A stretch of DNA of 62,054 nucleotides, filler included. It is 6 parts of 6 records of this genome, joined end to end, with 100 filler letters (N's around TTAATTAATTAA, not from the genome) between each part and the next. Parts side by side here need not be neighbours in the genome. Positions count along the whole stretch, not along the records: positions 33,546 to 54,299 come from DRR723986_20118; 5 more parts are not named here. The stretch is one strand, 5' to 3'. The stretch's first letter is position 1. The number at the start of each line of letters is the position of its first letter. The notes beneath the pieces are model-generated. The model had not been told where the DNA came from, searched no databases, and was given only the letters and a program-made list of their open reading frames with translations. This document shows positions 40,253 through 49,371 of the stretch, piece by piece. A program made the position numbers and the translations under genes.

Positions 40253-41694
40253 ACACTCGATCGACCGACTCTGTCGAACTTACGCCTCGCGAAATTGTCG
40301 ACCAATTGGACCGGTACATTGTCGGACAAGCCGAAGCGAAACGTGCGATCGCCGTTGCTGTCCGGAATCGTTGGCGGCGCAGCAAGCTGTCCGACGAAAT
40401 GCAGACCGAGATCTCGCCGAAGAATATCCTGATGGCTGGCCCGACTGGAGTTGGGAAGACAGAACTTGCGCGCAGATTGGCCAAGCTGACAAACGCTCCT
40501 TTCGTGAAGGTTGAAGCAACAAAGTACACCGAAGTCGGCTACTATGGCCGCGATGTCGAAAGTATGGTTCGCGACCTGGTCGAAAATGCCATTACGATGG
40601 TTGCCGCCCGTGAGCGTGAAAACGTCAAGGAAGCCGCGGAAGCGAAGGCCGAAGATCGATTGCTGGACCTCCTGCTTCCAACTTCAGAAACTGACAATCC
40701 CACCGGCATGATGCAGGGGCTTCTTGAAAGCATGGGGCAGCACACGCAAGCTGACGCACCAGTCGAAGTTGAAGCGGTTGACGAAGCAAAGGAGCAGGCT
40801 GAGAAGGAAGCTGCCGAGCGGCGGCAACGCACTCGTGAGAAGATGCGAGTCATGCTTCGCGAGGGCATCCTCGACGAAAAACCTGTCGATATATCGGTCA
40901 CGACTCGATCGGCACCCATGATGGTCGGCGGAGTTGGCATGGAGAATATGGATATCGACATCCAGGGCATGTTTGAAAAACTGGTACCCAAAAACACAAA
41001 ACGACGCACTGTACCGGTGTCGCAGGCTCGGCAGATTTTTATTGATGAAGAATCTGAGAAGCTGATCGATGATGACAAGATCGCGTCCACGGCCATTGAT
41101 GCTTGCGAGAATAACGGCATCATTTTTGTTGATGAAATTGACAAAGTCATCGCGACCGAAGGCAAGTCGGCGGACGTATCTCGGCAGGGAGTTCAACGAG
41201 ACCTTCTGCCGATTGTTGAGGGAACCTCGGTTCAGACGAAGCACGGATACATCAAGACCGATCATATACTTTTCATCGCAGCCGGAGCATTTCATAAGGG
41301 AACGCCGAGTGAGTTGATGCCCGAGTTGCAAGGACGATTCCCGATCCGAGTTGAATTGTCGGAACTCACTCAGGCCGATTTTGTGCGGATTTTGACTGAG
41401 CCAACGAATTCGTTGATCGCCCAGTACAAGGCTCTGCTTGGCGTTGAAGGTGTCGACGTGGAGTTTACCAGCGATGCGATTGAGCGATTGGCACAATTTG
41501 GTTTTGAAACAAACCAATCAACTCAAAACATCGGCGCACGGCGGCTCTACACGATTCTTGAGAAGCTGCTTGATGAACTGAATTTCGAAGCGTCCGACAT
41601 GGGCACGTCCAAAGTCACCATCAACGCCGCCTACGTTTCCGAACGCCTTCAAGCCGTCTGCGAAGACGAAGACCTCAGCCGGTTTATCCTTTAA
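40249..41694 (+). CDS. hslU: ATP-dependent protease ATPase subunit HslU
   Basis: GPTGVGKTE, VEATKYTEVGY, DEIDK, QRDLLP, ELQGRFP, NIGARRL, DLSRFIL C-terminus. Confidence 0.97.
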   Translation: MNTRSTDSVELTPREIVDQLDRYIVGQAEAKRAIAVAVRNRWRRSKLSDEMQTEISPKNILMAGPTGVGKTELARRLAKLTNAPFVKVEATKYTEVGYYGRDVESMVRDLVENAITMVAARERENVKEAAEAKAEDRLLDLLLPTSETDNPTGMMQGLLESMGQHTQADAPVEVEAVDEAKEQAEKEAAERRQRTREKMRVMLREGILDEKPVDISVTTRSAPMMVGGVGMENMDIDIQGMFEKLVPKNTKRRTVPVSQARQIFIDEESEKLIDDDKIASTAIDACENNGIIFVDEIDKVIATEGKSADVSRQGVQRDLLPIVEGTSVQTKHGYIKTDHILFIAAGAFHKGTPSELMPELQGRFPIRVELSELTQADFVRILTEPTNSLIAQYKALLGVEGVDVEFTSDAIERLAQFGFETNQSTQNIGARRLYTILEKLLDELNFEASDMGTSKVTINAAYVSERLQAVCEDEDLSRFIL

Positions 41695-41812
41695 CGATTC
41701 GCAGCCCTGCCCCTTTTAACGCTGGTGTTTTGCAAGAGAATGCACCCGTTGTGGGTTGGCTCGGTTCACCACGTCGTCAGCGCGATCAACGCCATCGGTC
41801 AGCCGGCCCTTT

Positions 41813-42463
41813 CTAGATATCCTGGCAAACGTAAATGCGGATGGTTCCGAGCAAAGAGTTCAGTGTGCGATGTAGCTCAACAGTCGGAAATACCTGCTTA
41901 AGTTGATTGGGCAGTTCGCCGGTGTAATTGCTGCGTGTTTGCTGCCAGCCATCCAGCATTCTCACTGGTAAAAACTGCATCTTCGCAAGCAGGCTACCTG
42001 GAACGCTAAAGTCCGCTAGAACAAATTGCCCGCCTTCTGCAGTAACTCGCTTTGCCTCGCGGAATGTGTCTAACTTTTGAGTGTCCGTCAAATGGTGGCT
42101 TAGCAAGCAGGAAACGACGCAGTCGAACTGGGCGTCGGGAAATGGCAGTGGCGAGCTCGGGCCGCAGTGCCACCGAACCGCCTCATGGCCTGGCTTTGCA
42201 GTTGCTTGAGCGAGAATTCGGGAATCGATGTCGATTGCATCAACGGACGCATCAGGAATCGCGGCCAATCGAATGGCAAGGATCCCGGAGCCGCATCCGA
42301 CGTCTAAAATTCGTTGGCGGCCACCGACCAGCCGAATAAGCTCTTCAACAATTGTGTCGTGGGCAGTGAACAGCCGAACTGCAGGATCGTACCAGCGCAG
42401 GAAAATTCCTAATCCCGTAGCGGGAACAAATCGTCCGGCGGCTGGAACAAAACGGCGACTCAA
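41813..42463 (-). CDS. Class I SAM-dependent methyltransferase
   Basis: ILDVGCGSG, LPFPDAQFDCVVS.L..HH, GGQFVLADF. Confidence 0.88.
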   Translation of the reverse strand: MSRRFVPAAGRFVPATGLGIFLRWYDPAVRLFTAHDTIVEELIRLVGGRQRILDVGCGSGILAIRLAAIPDASVDAIDIDSRILAQATAKPGHEAVRWHCGPSSPLPFPDAQFDCVVSCLLSHHLTDTQKLDTFREAKRVTAEGGQFVLADFSVPGSLLAKMQFLPVRMLDGWQQTRSNYTGELPNQLKQVFPTVELHRTLNSLLGTIRIYVCQDI

Positions 42464-42604
42464 CGTACTCTGTGTTCCTAAGTTCGAGTTGGGCGAGAGT
42501 TCGGCTCTTGGGATCTAATGGGCTTGGGCCCTGTCGACGGGCAGACAGCGGAATCTAAGTCTCTTTTTACTGCAACGACGGTCAAGGAAGGTTATAGACA
42601 CGAT

Positions 42605-43861
42605 ATGGATGACAGCAAGGAAAGCGCACAGTCTCCCTCCAAGCACTCGCCGTCTAACCCCTGGGCTCCCCTGAAATTCTCAACTTATCGCAGTTTCTGG
42701 ATAGCGGGCTTGTTCTCGAATCTTGGAACATGGATGCACGAGACCGGTGCGCAGTGGTTAATGACCAACGGCCTGGAGGGCAGTCCGCAGATGGTTGCGG
42801 CCGTGCGGACGAGTATGACAATCCCGGTTTTCTGCCTAGCCCTGCCAGCAGGAGTGTGGGCGGATCAATTCGACCGGCGTAACTGGCTGCTTGGCACGCA
42901 ATCATTTTTGGCTCTCATCGCAATTGCGATGACCTCAATGGCCTATTTCGATATGTTTACGCCCGGAATTCTCTTGGCGATGACAGTACTAATGGGCATC
43001 GCAACGGTTCTAAACCAGCCAGCATGGCAAGCACTTACGCCGGAGTTAGTTCCAGCGGCGTTGGTTCCTACCGCGGTTGCTGTCGGTAGTATTTCATTCA
43101 ACCTCGCTCGTACAATCGGACCGTTTCTAGCTGGTATGCTGATCGCGCAATTCGGCGAGTGGGCCGCATTCGGATTCAATGCGATCTCATTCCTTGGAAT
43201 TATCGGCGTCTTGGTACTGTGGAAGCAGGAGCCGATCGACAAGCCGAAACGCCCGCCGAAGTTCAATACGGAGCTGAAAAAGGGAGTCTTCCTGATTAAG
43301 CATTCGGTGCACCTCAAGAACGCACTGATTCGTCTGTTCTTCTTTGCGCTCTCGGCGAGCGTGCTCTGGAGTTTGCTGGCGCTCGTTTCGCAGGATCAAC
43401 TAAAATTCGCCGAGCGCGGCTTTGGGCTATGCCTGGGCTTGATCGGCCTGGGCGCAGTCTGCGGAGCCAGCTTTCTACCAAGACTTCGGATGTTTGTTTC
43501 CAGCGAAGGCATTATGACCGGTGGCCAGGTAATCTTTGGAGTCCTTGCCATCGCTATTGGTCTGTTCCCAACCAAGGTGGTGATTCTTCCGGCTCTGTTT
43601 ATTCTTGGCGTCTGTTGGATGAGCAGCATGACCACGCTGAACGCGACAACTCAGGTCAACCTTCCTCGCAAGTTTCGCGCTCGCGGAATGGCGGCATTCC
43701 TGATGGTATTCGCTCTTGGAATGGCGATAGGTTCCTTTTCATGGGGATGGATCGGAGGCCTGTTTGATGTAGGCACAGCTTTCGTGGTTGCCGGAATCTG
43801 CTTGGCAATCACAGGTGTGCTCACCCTATCGCTGAAGATCGGAAGCCTTGTCGAAGGGTAG
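42605..43861 (+). CDS. MFS transporter (MFS_3/DUF894-like); likely start ATG 42605
   Basis: SNLGTWM, AGVWADQFDRR, PAWQA..PELVP, FNLAR.IGP; about 12 TM segments. Confidence 0.9.
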   Translation: MDDSKESAQSPSKHSPSNPWAPLKFSTYRSFWIAGLFSNLGTWMHETGAQWLMTNGLEGSPQMVAAVRTSMTIPVFCLALPAGVWADQFDRRNWLLGTQSFLALIAIAMTSMAYFDMFTPGILLAMTVLMGIATVLNQPAWQALTPELVPAALVPTAVAVGSISFNLARTIGPFLAGMLIAQFGEWAAFGFNAISFLGIIGVLVLWKQEPIDKPKRPPKFNTELKKGVFLIKHSVHLKNALIRLFFFALSASVLWSLLALVSQDQLKFAERGFGLCLGLIGLGAVCGASFLPRLRMFVSSEGIMTGGQVIFGVLAIAIGLFPTKVVILPALFILGVCWMSSMTTLNATTQVNLPRKFRARGMAAFLMVFALGMAIGSFSWGWIGGLFDVGTAFVVAGICLAITGVLTLSLKIGSLVEG

Positions 43862-43917
43862 TTTCGACTTAGGCCTTCGTTGCAATAGACTTGACCTGAA
43901 GGGCTGTCCGCGCCCAG

Positions 43918-44607
43918 CTACTTGCTTGGTCCACCATCCGATTGGCCGAGTCGTTGACCAAGTTGTTTGAAGAATGCGTCAAGCGTCTCTTCGGAGAAGC
44001 ACAGGCCTAGCTTCCGGAACTGAACAACTCGTCCGTCGATCATGCGAAATTCAAGAGTCGCCCGCTTCTCAATCGCCTCTGCAATCTTCACCCCTTCTCC
44101 GTATCGCCAATGAGATTTGTAGTAGGCATTTAGTGTCGGGAAATGTTTTTCGCGGAAGGTTTCTGTCCCCATACTTATCGACTCAATTTCATCGAATCGA
44201 ACACGTTTTCTGGTCCAGCGTACTCCATCTTCGTGAATAGCCAACACGCTGCGGTTTACAATCCGTTGTGACAACGAGCCTAGTATGAACATTGCCGGAA
44301 CGAACAGCAAGAAAAACACGATGCCACCCCACACTAGCCCAGGCAACAGGCCCATTGGCTTGAATATCTTGGCATTGGCAATCAACGCTGCGAGTGTTGA
44401 AAAATAGAGTGCCGCGATGACCACGACAATTTGAAATGGCATGAACCAGATCGGCAAGTTCTTTCCGGCATGAACGTCTTTAAGCACCGAACCCGGTGTC
44501 CACGACTGTTCAACTGGTCCAAGTGGATCTAGGGTGTTCTGCATTTCTGTTCGTCGTAGCTCAGTTTGGCAGTCGAGTTGATCTGAAAGCGTAAGAGAAT
44601 ACCACAA
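43918..44607 (-). CDS. Hypothetical membrane protein (2 TM plus soluble C-terminal domain)
   Basis: Long ORF with two hydrophobic helices followed by AIHEDGVRW..RVRFDEIESI, resembling a bacterial PH-like region. Confidence 0.65.
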   Translation of the reverse strand: MWYSLTLSDQLDCQTELRRTEMQNTLDPLGPVEQSWTPGSVLKDVHAGKNLPIWFMPFQIVVVIAALYFSTLAALIANAKIFKPMGLLPGLVWGGIVFFLLFVPAMFILGSLSQRIVNRSVLAIHEDGVRWTRKRVRFDEIESISMGTETFREKHFPTLNAYYKSHWRYGEGVKIAEAIEKRATLEFRMIDGRVVQFRKLGLCFSEETLDAFFKQLGQRLGQSDGGPSK

Positions 44608-45046
44608 ACTAAACTCGCGTGCAGCATACTGCTCACCAGTCAGGCGGCCGTCCGCAAGTTGGACCTGTGTTGTCGAAAGCGATTGGTGATCGACTCGTGA
44701 GTTAGAAAGACGCAGACAAGCGGAGTTACGCGACGTTTCACTTTGAGCTTTTGCGTCTCAGGTTTTCAAGTCTCGGGCAGCCGAGTTGCACTCGGATAGC
44801 GAATTCAGTTTGGATACGATTGCGTCTCGCGGAACGGGCTCACTGGTTACAATAAATCTCGTGGCGACGAAGTTCACAACGGTTCCATAAAGCGGCCATG
44901 CCTGTTAACCAAGAACCCGCGATTGCCGACCTGGCGACCAAGTTGAATTGGTCCCGAGCTGGACGAAGCGTCTTGTATGAAGGAGACTCGGACGCTACCA
45001 CGTGTTGCGAGGGGCCTGAATCGCGGAGGCGACTAGACTGGAAAGA

Positions 45047-45562
45047 GTGTTGGCTGTGAATGATGACCTGATTGAATTTCTACCGCGACGCTATGGTGGT
45101 CGCCTGACGGGACTTTTCGTAGTTCGCTCGATTGCAATCTGGTGTGCTGCGACAATCCCTCTCTTGGTCGAATTGACCGCGATCACGTTCCACGGAAAAC
45201 AGCCTTCGTCTCTTCAGTGGCTTTCGATCTTCGGCAGCTTGGTCCTTGGAATGACGATTCAAGTATTAGCCGTCTTAGCCTGGCGTCAGGTAGAACAACG
45301 CAAGGTGACTTGGAGCTCGCAAACCCAAGTGCTGAGCATCCGGCATCACCGCGTGGTGACGCGTTTCTTTTCATTCGGAACAATCCGCCAGCGAGTAGAT
45401 CTCACTTCAGAGGATATCATTTTGGTAAAGTACATACGTGGTCGTGGGGCACATTTACGGCTGCAAACCCGAGCTGGCCTGATCACGATCTCAAGCGACC
45501 TCCAACCATTTGACCGTTTGCGCAATCTAATCGAATCGCAGCTAGTTGATTCGAATGGATAG
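45047..45562 (+). CDS. Hypothetical membrane protein (2 TM plus PH-like region)
   Basis: Two hydrophobic segments then a beta-rich region; no named family recognised. Confidence 0.55.
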   Translation: MLAVNDDLIEFLPRRYGGRLTGLFVVRSIAIWCAATIPLLVELTAITFHGKQPSSLQWLSIFGSLVLGMTIQVLAVLAWRQVEQRKVTWSSQTQVLSIRHHRVVTRFFSFGTIRQRVDLTSEDIILVKYIRGRGAHLRLQTRAGLITISSDLQPFDRLRNLIESQLVDSNG

Positions 45563-45597
45563 ACAACCCATCAAGCATTTGCGAAATAGATTCAGAT

Positions 45598-46176
45598 ATG
45601 TTCTGGCCACTTGTTCTGCCATTTCAAATTACATGCTGTGGTCTGATGTTTTCAGTTGTAATGTTGACGATGTTTGCATCGCCTCGGAAATGGACTCGAA
45701 GAAAGTCGTTTTTCTTGTACAGCTTGCTTGCCTTTGTCGGCTTCATCCCATCTTGCACCGGTGTTATGCTAGTAGTCGATAGTATTCGGTTCGGCAATTT
45801 TCGGTATTCGCAGTACAGCGATATTCCTGACTTTCGGTCACGGCGTTACATGCCCGCTCGGGCGCAGGATATCCATATGCGAAAACACGCTAATGGCTAC
45901 TACGCCCGCTATCGACTTTCAGGCAAAGAATTTGAGTCCTACTTTGACGAGCTCTGGCAAGAATTTGGTAAGTACTCCGCCATCGAACGGGACACAGGCG
46001 ACGAAGCACGGTTGATTTACCCTGGTGAGTTTGAAAGTGATTTCGGCGCCCTTGGTTGGGAATGCCCCGCTGAGACGGTTGTCTATGAGGGACCGCGGGA
46101 AGGAGATGGTGGAGGGGCAACTTACTACGTTGATCTGAATTCAGATCTAGTGTTTCAACGAACTGGATTCTGGTAG
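45598..46176 (+). CDS. Hypothetical protein with N-terminal TM segments
   Basis: 192-aa ORF with two hydrophobic segments and a soluble aromatic-rich domain ending GFW. Confidence 0.65.
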   Translation: MFWPLVLPFQITCCGLMFSVVMLTMFASPRKWTRRKSFFLYSLLAFVGFIPSCTGVMLVVDSIRFGNFRYSQYSDIPDFRSRRYMPARAQDIHMRKHANGYYARYRLSGKEFESYFDELWQEFGKYSAIERDTGDEARLIYPGEFESDFGALGWECPAETVVYEGPREGDGGGATYYVDLNSDLVFQRTGFW

Positions 46177-46485
46177 TGTGGCACTTGATCCAAGTACGTT
46201 CGGACCTCCGCGAGTACGTTCACGAGCATTTCACTGCTTGCATCTCGGAATCGGGCGTCCGTTTGCTGTCGGGGCCCGCATCGTCATGACTGATTATTCA
46301 ACTGTTGGAGAATCACAAAGAGCGATGCAGCGTTCTGTTATGCTGGAAATGCGTTGAATGAAGGAGGGGAATCAACGAGCAGGTATCGTGAGAGCCAGCG
46401 GCTAAAGTCGGTACACATGGAGTTTAGGTCTTGAAACAGCTTGAATTACCTTCCGCTCTGCCGCGATGCATCGCCCGTTGTCGAC

Positions 46486-49371
46486 CTAAGTTAACCGATA
46501 GATCTGGACGAGACCGTCCTCAAAGACGACGGCCAGCTTCTTGACGCTTATTGAAAGAATCGACACAACCTTAGACTGCTTGGGATACTGCGAAGAGGTC
46601 GCAAGAGACACCGATCCAACTTGGTGATAAAGGTGGTTTTGAGTGCGTTTATACAGGAGTAATTCTCGGCCCGACACTGCTGCAAGCCTGCCACCGTGCA
46701 GAAGGCACGCATGCGAGTAGCTGCGATCATAGTCAATTACTTCAGCTTTTTGCCGATCGAGATATACGAGCTCCAGCGACGAGTCGGTTGCGAGGACGAC
46801 CCTTGCCGCTGTACCTCGCAGACTCTTCCCCAGTCGCAAGATGTCGCCTCTTGCGGTGTGTATCCCGTCACCCGCATCGTCGACGACGCTGAACAACTCT
46901 TTGCCTAGTCCGATATAGGGCAGATTCGCAACGGCAACCAAGTTCGAAAAACCAGGGACTTCGAGTAGGGGCCAGGCGATATCAAAACGCCGAGTTTCTC
47001 CGCTTCGCTCACAGTCAAAACCAAACGGCTCGAACGTCCAGACGGAGCCGTCGTCTGCAACGGTACGGTCAAGGCTCGTACCTCTCAGTTCCGGATTCAG
47101 TCGGCAGCTCTCACCTTGGCCGAATCGAAAAGGACCAACGACATCGAGAGTAACTCGTGAATCAAACCCTATCAAATACTCTTGGCTTCGCCGATCCAAC
47201 ATCATACGTGGCGGATCATCCAATTGACCTGGCGGTGGGACCTTTGCGATTGGTGGAAAACAATTGATTTGTGGTTCAGAACCATGAACGTTTTCTATCA
47301 CGGCCAGCAGAAGTTCACCACCAAGGCTTCCAGCAGCGAAGACGTGGCCACCGGCTATATCAGCACTAAACCATTGAGTCTTGCTATTCTGTTTGCCAGT
47401 CGGGTCGGTCAGCCACAGTTGACTCGCAAGCGCGATGGAGCGTGAGCGGTGCTCCAACGACTCGGGTTGCAATGGTATGTCGTGTTGTTTGCTCCGGGCA
47501 ACGAATAGATTGATGTCATCACGCAGTATCGAGTCATCGTGGGCAAGCGCCTGAAGTTCGTGGATGCCCTGCAGGACGCGATAATCGGAGTTGCCAGAAT
47601 AGCTTGAGCACGCGACGCGACATACGTCTTCTGCTTGCCAACGCAGCTCGTTCTGTGGATACGTCCGAAACAAATGGGCAGCTAGCTTCGCAAGACTGCC
47701 ACTCGTCCCGAGCGCGTTTTCCTGCATCGTATCGAGTCGTTCAGCGGCCTCCGCATGTCGCCCGTCTTCGGCTAGCCACGCGAATGCTTCCTGAGCGGCG
47801 TGGATAGCCGAACTATAGCCAGGCCAACAGCTCCAGAGCAATTCCTCGGCCCTCGCCTTGTCTGCAAGATGTTTCTTGATCAATCGAGCTGCTTGTACGT
47901 AGTCGCCACGTTGTTGTGCTTTCTCGATTGCAGTCTCAAATGCCGCTCGCGCTTGATCGGAACGGCCAGATTCGAGCCAAAGCTGGGCGGCTTTTTCAAA
48001 TTGTTCGCAATGTTCGTACCTTTCTGCCGCTTCAGACAGCCTGCCAGCGGACTCAAGACAACGAGCCTGATCGGCCGTTCGATGCAGACGTTCGTAAATA
48101 GCGGCGGCTTCACTGAACCGTTTCCCATTTTCGAGCGCCCCTGCTGCTGCCGAGAGATCACCAAGTAGCTTCGCGAATATGTACGCAGCGCGATCGTAAC
48201 GCCCGAGCGACATCTCTCGCTCGGCTTGCTGACGGTAGGCGTTGCGCAACTGCGCCTGTTGCTGATCGCCAATTTCCCATGCGTCGACCGGTCCGCTCCC
48301 CGAAAAGAGCCCCTTCAGGGAAAAGTTCCCAGCTTGAGCAAGGAGCCGTGCACCGGGAAGTGCAAATCCTCGTCCGCTATTGAATGACGCCAGCGGGATG
48401 GCAAACTTCAGGGCCTTGTCCGGATTCTTGGCCATGATTCGCAGCAGCTTATCAATCTGTGATTCGCGCTCCTTCTGAAGGGCTTTGGAGAAGATCCTGG
48501 TAGCCACTCCCTTGATGCGGTCTGCTGCTGAGAGGCGTGGGGAGGTGTTGCCGACACGATTCGACGCCCTCCCTTCTCCAAGTCCGTCGTCCTTACCGTC
48601 TGCGTCTCGAGTATACCCTTGCCGCTGAGCAGCGTTCTCCGCCCACTGCTGGAGTTTTCCTCGTAGCTTTCCGCGAAGCATTGTTGCAAATTTGCGTACA
48701 GCGTTGCCTGTCTTGGAAGAGTCGTCATCCAGATCACGTAGCGAACGATTCGGATCACCGATATCGTCAGCGAGCTCCAAATATGCATCAGCCGACGGCG
48801 GGTTGAGCAGTGTGAAATCGGTGATTGTTGCAGGAGGTGCAAATGTCTCGGGCGGTGACGACCATGTTGCCTCGGTACTACTGGTTGATGGAGGTGGTGT
48901 GAAAAGATCCTTCGCTAACAGTTCGTCGCCACTTTCGAAGCCGAGTAAACCGGTGCTGGGCATCCACACAAGGAACTGCACCGCATCCTGCCCCGGCAAC
49001 AGTTTTTCGAATGCAGTCAATTCAAGCAATGGTGAAAGTGATGCGTTGGCAGGGATCCACAGCCGCGAATTCGACGCGCAGTTTCGAAGCGCTACCGCGG
49101 TACCCAAGGGCCCCTGCATCGCCTGCGGTTCAATTGAGCCGTCGACAAGCAGAACCACCAAACCGGTATCCTGGGCGTGCCCTGCGTGATGCCCACCTGA
49201 ATTCTTTGTCGCAACGAGGAACAGCCGCGTTGGTCGATCACGAAGCGTGGAGAGGCAGGTTGCAGCGACGGTTGCGATCTGGTCGCTATGGCGCAGCGGG
49301 ACAAACCAACCGGTGGCTGGGGACGATTCCGCACGCTGGGAGTAGGTTAGCTGGATGGGGAGCGTTTGCAT
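46486..49371 (-). CDS. MoxR-vWA-beta-propeller system component (bpX3-like domain, TPR/SNAP-like repeats, beta-rich C-terminus)
   Basis: KLLRIMAKNPDKALKFAIPL, RAAYIFAKLLGD, repeated EAA..YE/KAA.L helices; start overlaps the upstream gene end; last gene of a co-directional 4-gene unit. Confidence 0.75.
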   Translation of the reverse strand: MQTLPIQLTYSQRAESSPATGWFVPLRHSDQIATVAATCLSTLRDRPTRLFLVATKNSGGHHAGHAQDTGLVVLLVDGSIEPQAMQGPLGTAVALRNCASNSRLWIPANASLSPLLELTAFEKLLPGQDAVQFLVWMPSTGLLGFESGDELLAKDLFTPPPSTSSTEATWSSPPETFAPPATITDFTLLNPPSADAYLELADDIGDPNRSLRDLDDDSSKTGNAVRKFATMLRGKLRGKLQQWAENAAQRQGYTRDADGKDDGLGEGRASNRVGNTSPRLSAADRIKGVATRIFSKALQKERESQIDKLLRIMAKNPDKALKFAIPLASFNSGRGFALPGARLLAQAGNFSLKGLFSGSGPVDAWEIGDQQQAQLRNAYRQQAEREMSLGRYDRAAYIFAKLLGDLSAAAGALENGKRFSEAAAIYERLHRTADQARCLESAGRLSEAAERYEHCEQFEKAAQLWLESGRSDQARAAFETAIEKAQQRGDYVQAARLIKKHLADKARAEELLWSCWPGYSSAIHAAQEAFAWLAEDGRHAEAAERLDTMQENALGTSGSLAKLAAHLFRTYPQNELRWQAEDVCRVACSSYSGNSDYRVLQGIHELQALAHDDSILRDDINLFVARSKQHDIPLQPESLEHRSRSIALASQLWLTDPTGKQNSKTQWFSADIAGGHVFAAGSLGGELLLAVIENVHGSEPQINCFPPIAKVPPPGQLDDPPRMMLDRRSQEYLIGFDSRVTLDVVGPFRFGQGESCRLNPELRGTSLDRTVADDGSVWTFEPFGFDCERSGETRRFDIAWPLLEVPGFSNLVAVANLPYIGLGKELFSVVDDAGDGIHTARGDILRLGKSLRGTAARVVLATDSSLELVYLDRQKAEVIDYDRSYSHACLLHGGRLAAVSGRELLLYKRTQNHLYHQVGSVSLATSSQYPKQSKVVSILSISVKKLAVVFEDGLVQIYRLT

